DNA of 64,000 nt. Source: Candidatus Heimdallarchaeota archaeon (lineage in GTDB: Archaea; Asgardarchaeota; Heimdallarchaeia; Hodarchaeales; Hodarchaeaceae). The stretch is from contig JBHLSH010000005.1 in the NCBI GenBank assembly GCA_048881705.1, positions 19,417-83,416 of the forward strand, read 5' to 3'. Below the pieces are notes generated by a model. It worked only from the letters and a program-made list of their open reading frames with translations. It was not told the origin of the DNA and searched no databases. Every line of letters starts with the position of its first letter. The first letter of the stretch is position 1. Of the stretch, positions 57,763 to 64,000 are shown piece after piece. The translations under genes and the position numbers were made by a program.

Positions 57763-59154
57763 TCATGATTGAGTAATCGGTTTAAACTTTGCTGTGAAGT
57801 GTCTGAGGATTCCGGGATCATAAACGATTTTCATTCCAGAAATCTCGGATCTATGCGCATAAAGATCCACCACCGATTCGATTACATAATCGAGATGTTC
57901 TCGTGAATATACTCTCCGAGGTATCGCCAGTCTTACTTGTTCTAATTCAGGATAAACCCAGCTTCCATCATCTTTTTGTTTTCCAAAAGCTACAGATCCT
58001 AGTTCTGCCGCACGAATACCGTACCGTTCGTAAATGGCGATTGTGAGGGCCCAACCGGGAAACTCAGATCGTGGAATATGACTAAGGAAACTTTTGGCAT
58101 CAATATTTATCGAATGGCCTCCAACTGGTTTTAGGAAAGGTACGCCAGCTTTTTCCAACCCATGCCCTATGTACTCTAGCTGCTGATGACGATATCGTAG
58201 ATATTCCTCCTGTAAAACCTCTCTTAATCCTCTCGCAATTGCCTCCAGATCACGGCCCGCTAAACCGCCATAAGTGGGAAAACCTTCAATAACAGTCATC
58301 CGCTCCTTAATTTTACGAGAGATCTCTTCGTCATTAAGCGCGATAAAGCCGCCGATATTTACCAAACCGTCTTTTTTTGCGCTGACAAGGCATCCGTCCG
58401 TGTAGGAGAACATCTGTCGGGCTATTTCTTTTGGCGCAAGATGCCGGTAGCCGTCTTCTCGTAGCTTTATGAAATACGCATTCTCTGCAAAACGAGCGGC
58501 ATCTAGAAAGAAGGGGATGATATTCTCTTTGGCAATCTTTGAGACTTCTTTAATGTTCTTCATTGACACTGGCTGCCCTCCTCCAGCATTATTCGTCACC
58601 GTAACGATAATCAGCGAAACAGGTTTATCCCCCTGTAAAACGTGTCGTAAAGCGTCAATATCAAGGTTACCCTTGAAATCATGAATCAAGGATGGTTGGT
58701 AGGCTTCTTTGATGACAAGATCACGAGCTTCCCCCCCTGATGTTTCAATGTTTGCACGTGTTGTATCGAAAAACTGATTAGAAACAACTAGTTTCTCATT
58801 ATCAATATTCATTGCGTGAGATATCAAATTTTCTGCACTGCGTCCTTGATGGGTAGGAATAAAATACCTGAATCCAGTAATATCTTGGACTACCTGCTCC
58901 AGGTTGAAAAAATTCTTACATTGAGCATACGACTCGTCTCCGAGCATCATTCCAGCCCATTGATAATCAGACATTGCCGAAGTTCCTGAATCTGTTAGCA
59001 AATCTATGTAAATGTTCTCTGCAGCAATATTGAAGACATTATGGCCTGCTTCTTCAAGCCACTTCTTGCGATCCTCAACGGTGGTTAGTTTAATTGGTTC
59101 AACAACCTTGGTTTTATATGGAGGGGGAGTTAATTTAAAATTGGATTCTGACAT
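57763..59154 (-). CDS. tnaA: Tryptophanase (beta-eliminating lyase)
   Basis: IDLLTDSGT, HQGRSAE, DAARFAENAYFIK, SAKKDG (PLP Lys), EGFPTYGGLAGRD; C-terminal LRHFTA favours TnaA over tyrosine phenol-lyase; start at MSESN. Confidence 0.85.
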   Translation of the reverse strand: MSESNFKLTPPPYKTKVVEPIKLTTVEDRKKWLEEAGHNVFNIAAENIYIDLLTDSGTSAMSDYQWAGMMLGDESYAQCKNFFNLEQVVQDITGFRYFIPTHQGRSAENLISHAMNIDNEKLVVSNQFFDTTRANIETSGGEARDLVIKEAYQPSLIHDFKGNLDIDALRHVLQGDKPVSLIIVTVTNNAGGGQPVSMKNIKEVSKIAKENIIPFFLDAARFAENAYFIKLREDGYRHLAPKEIARQMFSYTDGCLVSAKKDGLVNIGGFIALNDEEISRKIKERMTVIEGFPTYGGLAGRDLEAIARGLREVLQEEYLRYRHQQLEYIGHGLEKAGVPFLKPVGGHSINIDAKSFLSHIPRSEFPGWALTIAIYERYGIRAAELGSVAFGKQKDDGSWVYPELEQVRLAIPRRVYSREHLDYVIESVVDLYAHRSEISGMKIVYDPGILRHFTAKFKPITQS

Positions 59155-59357
59155 CTTGTCAAGTTCCTCAAAAATGCGTTCAAGCGAATTAAAACTCCAT
59201 GAAATAATTCCCATAATATTACTTCTTCTAGGAAAATCTTTGTTTGGAATCAGAAGGAGTGAATTCGCGAATTGAAAATTATTAATGTTAATCTTTGAAC
59301 CAATACCTTTCGGTAATTTGAAATACCAAGACAAATATATCAAGAAGAGAGCGAAAA

Positions 59358-59699
59358 ATGTCTGAAGCAGATGTCATCAACGGAATTCATAAGGTTTTAG
59401 GGAAGCTGGGTGAAGAAAAAAACAAAAAACGGTTCAAAAAATGGAACCGAAAGATTGGGTTTACATTTGAGGAGTTTGGAAAAACTTGGACTACCACCCT
59501 TACGGCAGGTGTCCCAGATGACCTCGTTGAGGGCCCAATCGATAAAAGCATAAAATATGACATTCTTGTAAAAACCAACTCTGTAACTTGGTTGGGAGTA
59601 CTCAATAAAGAGATTGACCCTATCAAAGCCTATTCTAAGGGGGAATTGAAAATCAAGGGAAGTGTAACTGATCTTCTCAAATTGAGGCGAGTATTGTAG
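59358..59699 (+). CDS. SCP2 sterol/lipid-binding domain protein
   Basis: IDPIKAYSKGELKIKGSVTDLLKL signature. Confidence 0.88.
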   Translation: MSEADVINGIHKVLGKLGEEKNKKRFKKWNRKIGFTFEEFGKTWTTTLTAGVPDDLVEGPIDKSIKYDILVKTNSVTWLGVLNKEIDPIKAYSKGELKIKGSVTDLLKLRRVL

Positions 59700-59723
59700 G
59701 ACAATTGAAGACCAGAATACCTT

Positions 59724-61433
59724 TTAGATCACCAAAAAAAATATGGAAAATGTTGAGTAAGCAACAAATCCCGCTATAACGTTCGAAACTACTGCAGCAG
59801 ATAATCCCCATCGTATTCTCACGAGAGGGCTGATCGCCGCCAGCAAACCGAAAATGATTATACCATATAGAATCAATGTGATTTCCAATGCTGTCGAGTA
59901 CAAAAGGAAGATTAATCCAAAAAAAATCAACAATTTCGTGAAGAAGTAGACAAGACCTAACAAAATGTAGAGTCGGAGGCCCGTGCAGGAGGGTTGGAGT
60001 CCACGTATGTTTTGATACATGATTTCCCAAAAAAAAATCGCATCAATGGCCAATACTAATCCTATTGTCAAAAAAACACTCCACAGATTCAATGCTGTTT
60101 GAAGGTTGATGAACGGAATCCAAGGGTGATCTAAAAGTATGACAAATCCCATGTAAAGGAAGAAGATTATAGCGACAGCAATTCCAACCTCTATTCCTAC
60201 CTTTTCTAGATATGCTCTCCGCTGAAATCTTTTCAAAAGCGGAGAGGGAGTGAAAATTAAAGTAAAACCTATAATTATTATTGCCCCCGTCACTAATACA
60301 GCAAAAGTAATTGCAAACAAGGTGGAATAATAAGTTGGGAGTAATAAGGATAATATAAGTGAACCCGCTCGACCTATGACATATACAGTTAGGATTCTTA
60401 TGAGGAGGTTAGTCGTTCCGTGGAGATCGGGTTTTTCCTCTTGAGATATTTCCCTAATTGAAGTAAATTTTTCGATGTATGGAAATAATGAGAGGATTGC
60501 AAATGTGATCAGCAGTCCTCCCGCTAGGAGAAGTACCCAGGAAAAAATAATCAAGTAATAGGATAGTGTTGAACCGAGAATTACGGTATTAGGATTGTTA
60601 AATGCAGTGTTTAGAAATTCAATGGTCTCCTGTTTGACCAAGCTAGCATCTAAATTATGTCCTTGATTTGGAAAAACGACTAATTTCTTGTTCCTTGTTG
60701 GAGCGGCTGTATGAAGATCTCTGGCTTGTTGGACTGGAACAATCGCATCATTTTCCCCGTGAAGAATTAGGAGACTAGATATGTTGTCTAAATGGGTAAT
60801 CGGGTTTCGAATGTCCAGCTCAGTCTTATTGCCTGGATCAATAATTACGTGTGGCCGAAAATTTACTCGTTCTTGCCACCGGAAATCCCGTTCTAGTAGC
60901 CAAGCGGAAATATTCGAAGGTGTGGAAGAAGCTATGGCCGTACTTATTCGGGGATCTGTTCCTGCAACGAGTAAACTTATCACACCTCCAAAAGAAGACC
61001 CCCAAGTCGCTAAGGCACTGGAATTCACAATGTCGGTTCTGGACACCAAGTAATCGATTGCAACACGACCATCCTGTTGATCCAGGCCACCCAGATCTGC
61101 AATTCCTTGAGACTCCCCGTGGCCTCTTAGATCCATAGCGAGCACAACATAACCTGCTTCCGCGAAACCCAAACACGTGGGAATTAGATTCTCTTTGGTA
61201 CCCGCCCATCCGTGAAATGCTAGGATGGCTGGTCTGTGTCCTGGTTCCTCAATCTCAGCAGGGGTAAATAATAATGCAGAAAGCCCTATATCACCGCTAG
61301 TTATTTGTATTCTTTCAATACTTACCCGAGCTGATATGAAAACTCCAGAACTAGCCAAAACACTGCCCCCTGCTAGAATAAATCCCAAAATTAAGAATAA
61401 AAGGGGAGTGGTAATCTTGAAGCTTTTGTACAT
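59724..61433 (-). CDS. Membrane-embedded alpha/beta hydrolase (esterase/lipase-like)
   Basis: N-terminal TM, FHGW, DLRGHGES, WGSSFGG nucleophile elbow, HGEND, GH; multi-TM C-terminal half. Confidence 0.85.
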   Translation of the reverse strand: MYKSFKITTPLLFLILGFILAGGSVLASSGVFISARVSIERIQITSGDIGLSALLFTPAEIEEPGHRPAILAFHGWAGTKENLIPTCLGFAEAGYVVLAMDLRGHGESQGIADLGGLDQQDGRVAIDYLVSRTDIVNSSALATWGSSFGGVISLLVAGTDPRISTAIASSTPSNISAWLLERDFRWQERVNFRPHVIIDPGNKTELDIRNPITHLDNISSLLILHGENDAIVPVQQARDLHTAAPTRNKKLVVFPNQGHNLDASLVKQETIEFLNTAFNNPNTVILGSTLSYYLIIFSWVLLLAGGLLITFAILSLFPYIEKFTSIREISQEEKPDLHGTTNLLIRILTVYVIGRAGSLILSLLLPTYYSTLFAITFAVLVTGAIIIIGFTLIFTPSPLLKRFQRRAYLEKVGIEVGIAVAIIFFLYMGFVILLDHPWIPFINLQTALNLWSVFLTIGLVLAIDAIFFWEIMYQNIRGLQPSCTGLRLYILLGLVYFFTKLLIFFGLIFLLYSTALEITLILYGIIIFGLLAAISPLVRIRWGLSAAVVSNVIAGFVAYSTFSIFFLVI

Positions 61434-61485
61434 CGACGATTACGCTTCTAAAGACTAATTCTTTAAGATCAATATTTTAAGCGGA

Positions 61486-62469
61486 TCAGAGTTGTTCATC
61501 GAGCCAATCCAAAAATGCTTTGGAAACTTCCCCTTGCGAATGAACCTGTGGTGGTTGAAATTCGGAACCGATGTCACGAGGTTTCTGGGTCGATTGTGGA
61601 ACCGTTACCAACCATTCATCAAAGGATTGAGCTAATCCCTTTCTATGTTTTCGTTTCTCCCATTCATCGACAATTTTCTTCTTTTGCAATAGCCATCGCG
61701 GAGGCGTCAGGATTTGGTTGATACCCTCCATTGTACGGAGTTTGGGGGCATCCAGAGGAGGAATTCCATACCCTTTTGACAATCGTCTTATCGAGTTCAT
61801 GATAACGTCTGTTGCTGATCGCAGCGCGTAGGGATCATAAATGTCTTTACTGTCATACATATGAAGAAAGATTGGATCACCTACAATAAGATCAACTCTC
61901 TTCCCTGGACGAGGCCAATTGCCCCCATATGGAAGTAATCCATCTGTACCAATAATACCTACGGGAACCACGGGAGATTCAGTTTCAAAAGCAAAACGCG
62001 CAACCCCCACTTTCCCGTCCAATGCTTTCCTGGAATAGCGGATGTGACCTTCGGGGAAGATGCCGAGTGCCTGACCATGAGTAAGTATTTGAATTCCTTT
62101 TTCAATCGCTAGACGGTTTTTTCCCCTGCTTCCCTTCTCTAAGACGGGAATGACGCCAAAATAATCCATCATACGGCCCCAAAAGCGATTCCGCCACAGT
62201 GCACTTTTTTTCCCCAAAAAATAGATTCTGTTTTCTAATTCCGGGGGAACGGCCAATCCAAGCAGAAATGCGTCAATCACTGATTCATGATTGCCTGCGA
62301 AAATGACACCACCCCGCAACTCATCGAGTCTATCCGTGAGCCGATATTGTCCTTCAATTCCCAGTCGATAACCAAATCTTGCAGAAAACTTCACAAAATT
62401 GCGGATTAAGCCATATTGAAGATCGGGAATTTCCGTTGGAAGATCGTCTTGAGGGGCATTGGGGACCAT
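61486..62469 (-). CDS. Lysophospholipid acyltransferase (PlsC family)
   Basis: GNHESVID (HxxxxD), FLGK, IFPEG, GVARFA, VPVGI. Confidence 0.88.
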   Translation of the reverse strand: MVPNAPQDDLPTEIPDLQYGLIRNFVKFSARFGYRLGIEGQYRLTDRLDELRGGVIFAGNHESVIDAFLLGLAVPPELENRIYFLGKKSALWRNRFWGRMMDYFGVIPVLEKGSRGKNRLAIEKGIQILTHGQALGIFPEGHIRYSRKALDGKVGVARFAFETESPVVPVGIIGTDGLLPYGGNWPRPGKRVDLIVGDPIFLHMYDSKDIYDPYALRSATDVIMNSIRRLSKGYGIPPLDAPKLRTMEGINQILTPPRWLLQKKKIVDEWEKRKHRKGLAQSFDEWLVTVPQSTQKPRDIGSEFQPPQVHSQGEVSKAFLDWLDEQL

Positions 62470-62601
62470 TGGGGATACTCCCGAGGTAGATAAAGTGTTA
62501 CAGCAGAGAATGTTAAAAGCATTTCTTTTATGCCACTTGTATCTGGGGAGACGCCTATATGGTATTTCGGCCAAAGCATGGAATTTGTGACAACTTCTTG
62601 A

Positions 62602-63171
62602 TTATTCCTTGGTTTTTATACCTTTGACCGTAATTATATCTTCATAAACAGGTCCTTTTGGAGTTAAAGTACTCTTTTTTAATATTACGGCATCTATTGT
62701 TTGTTTTCCAAACGAAATATCTTGGTTGTCCTGAATTAGGGTATGAATGGTTTGTTTCTCAGAGGAACCAAGTTTCTTCACACGTGCTAGCGTAAGGTGC
62801 GGAGAGAAAGGCCTCTTCTCTCGTGGGAAACCTAACGAATCAATCGCTGCTCGAACTTGGTTAGCAATATTAGTTAAATCAGGCTGACCTACTTGGATCC
62901 CTATCCACACAACACGGATATAGTTTAAATTCGGAAAACAACCCAATCCATTTAACGAAATGGAAAATGGAGTGAATTCAACCTTGGCAAGCCCGGATTT
63001 TATTGAGGATATTGACTCATCTGGGGTCTCGCCTATGAACTTTAGGGTGATGTGAAGTTGATTTGATTTAACGGGTTTTACGCCCGGTAGCGACAATTGA
63101 CGAAGAACCGGATCAATCTCTTTTAGGATAGATAGTTCAGAAACTTCGACGCAGATAAATAATCTGGGCAA
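62602..63171 (-). CDS. thpR: RNA 2',3'-cyclic phosphodiesterase (2H family)
   Basis: LHITLKFIG and FSPHLTLARVK 2H motifs; S.LTP.GP.Y. Confidence 0.95.
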   Translation of the reverse strand: MPRLFICVEVSELSILKEIDPVLRQLSLPGVKPVKSNQLHITLKFIGETPDESISSIKSGLAKVEFTPFSISLNGLGCFPNLNYIRVVWIGIQVGQPDLTNIANQVRAAIDSLGFPREKRPFSPHLTLARVKKLGSSEKQTIHTLIQDNQDISFGKQTIDAVILKKSTLTPKGPVYEDIITVKGIKTKE

Positions 63172-63385
63172 TTGAGGTGTACCACCTGTGATTTCTATAA
63201 CTCAACACCGAGTTAATTCTCTAAGTGCTCCATTCTATTCTTGATTATTGGCGGAAATGTTCAGCATCCGTTTGATAAATGCTTTGATGATTAACTTTAT
63301 AAAGTTAGTATGCTGCACTATATATAGGCATACCATATATAGCCACATTGACATCTAAGCCCAAAGAGTCGAGATTGGACTTCTG

Positions 63386-63793
63386 ATGCGAGACACAGAA
63401 AAAGGCAGAGCATCCAACCAACCAAGGAAAAAATCAACGTTAATGTCGCATTGGGAACGTGATTTCCGTCGAGGGGTTTTACAACTGATGATATTACTGT
63501 TGGTTAGGCTTAATACAGAAGAAGCCCATGGCTACGGCCTTATCAAGCTTATTCGAGATACGGGTGTTCCATTGAAGGCGGGTACAATCTATCCATTATT
63601 AAAACGTTTAGAAAACGATGGTTTGATCCAATCAATACTAGCAGATGACTTGGAACATCCTGGACAACCACGTCGTATCTATACAATCACTCAGCTTGGT
63701 GAGGAAGTCATATACGACATGATGGAAATATATCAGGATTATAACAATTCAATCAAGATATGGTTTGATGAAATTAAAAAATCTGAAAGATAA
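63386..63793 (+). CDS. PadR family transcriptional regulator
   Basis: HGYGLIK, GTIYPLLKRLE..GLI, RRIYTIT..G. Confidence 0.93.
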   Translation: MRDTEKGRASNQPRKKSTLMSHWERDFRRGVLQLMILLLVRLNTEEAHGYGLIKLIRDTGVPLKAGTIYPLLKRLENDGLIQSILADDLEHPGQPRRIYTITQLGEEVIYDMMEIYQDYNNSIKIWFDEIKKSER

Positions 63794-63803
63794 CAGGAGA
63801 TAA

Positions 63804-64000
63804 TTGGATTTGAAATCGTTCAATCGGGATGCTAAACAGCTAATAAGGAATTATATCGATAGTGTTGAGGAATACCTTACATCAAAAACCCATCTTCATC
63901 CCAACGAAGTTGATAGTCTATTAGGTGAGATAAATGATTTTCTTTACCTTAGGAGCAGTGAAATCGCAACAGATCCAGATGATAGGGTATTTTTCACGGA
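63804..64000 (+). CDS. 3'-partial ORF with HAAS-like N-terminus (not in the ORF track)
   Basis: AGGAGA then TTG at 63804; (L)DLKSFNRDAKQLIRNYIDSVEEYL...EVDSLLGEINDFL open to the window end; follows padR. Confidence 0.6.
   Translation, partial: MDLKSFNRDAKQLIRNYIDSVEEYLTSKTHLHPNEVDSLLGEINDFLYLRSSEIATDPDDRVFFT

Noticed and set aside
59155-59343. N-terminal extension of tryptophanase in the ORF track
   Set aside because: No TnaA similarity before MSESN; the region serves as the divergent promoter with the SCP2 gene.

Overview
Gene-dense archaeal window, most likely from an Asgard archaeon (Heimdallarchaeia/Hodarchaeales-like). This is inferred from two longin-like proteins, a roadblock/LC7 remnant, a V4R protein, an Asgard-style TPR protein and a geranylgeranyl reductase, not from a marker gene. 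No rRNA, tRNA, CRISPR array or transposase was found. Order: restriction-modification island (type III mod/res, TPR, type IIG-like N6 methylase; both restriction partners appear to lack nuclease domains); VOC; rhodanese-NIF3 fusion; GbsR-type regulator and flavodoxin; complete bacterial-style SUF operon (sufB-sufD-Rieske-sufS-sufU-sufC-nfu) divergent from htpG; antiporter; roadblock pseudogene; thioredoxin-V4R-V4R; GT-C glycosyltransferase; GGR; a membrane-anchored CuA cupredoxin fused to a NirS-type heme d1 beta-propeller (top finding); PGI/PMI; wHTH plus AAA ATPase pair; longin fused to an Mrr-like fold; M16 peptidase pair; Mrp/ApbC; DUF362; 7TM protein; RPH-like phosphotransferase plus MFS; NUDIX; receiver cassette; M20 peptidase; tryptophanase; SCP2, lipase-like hydrolase and PlsC; ThpR; PadR. 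All functional calls come from motif recognition by eye; no database search was run.
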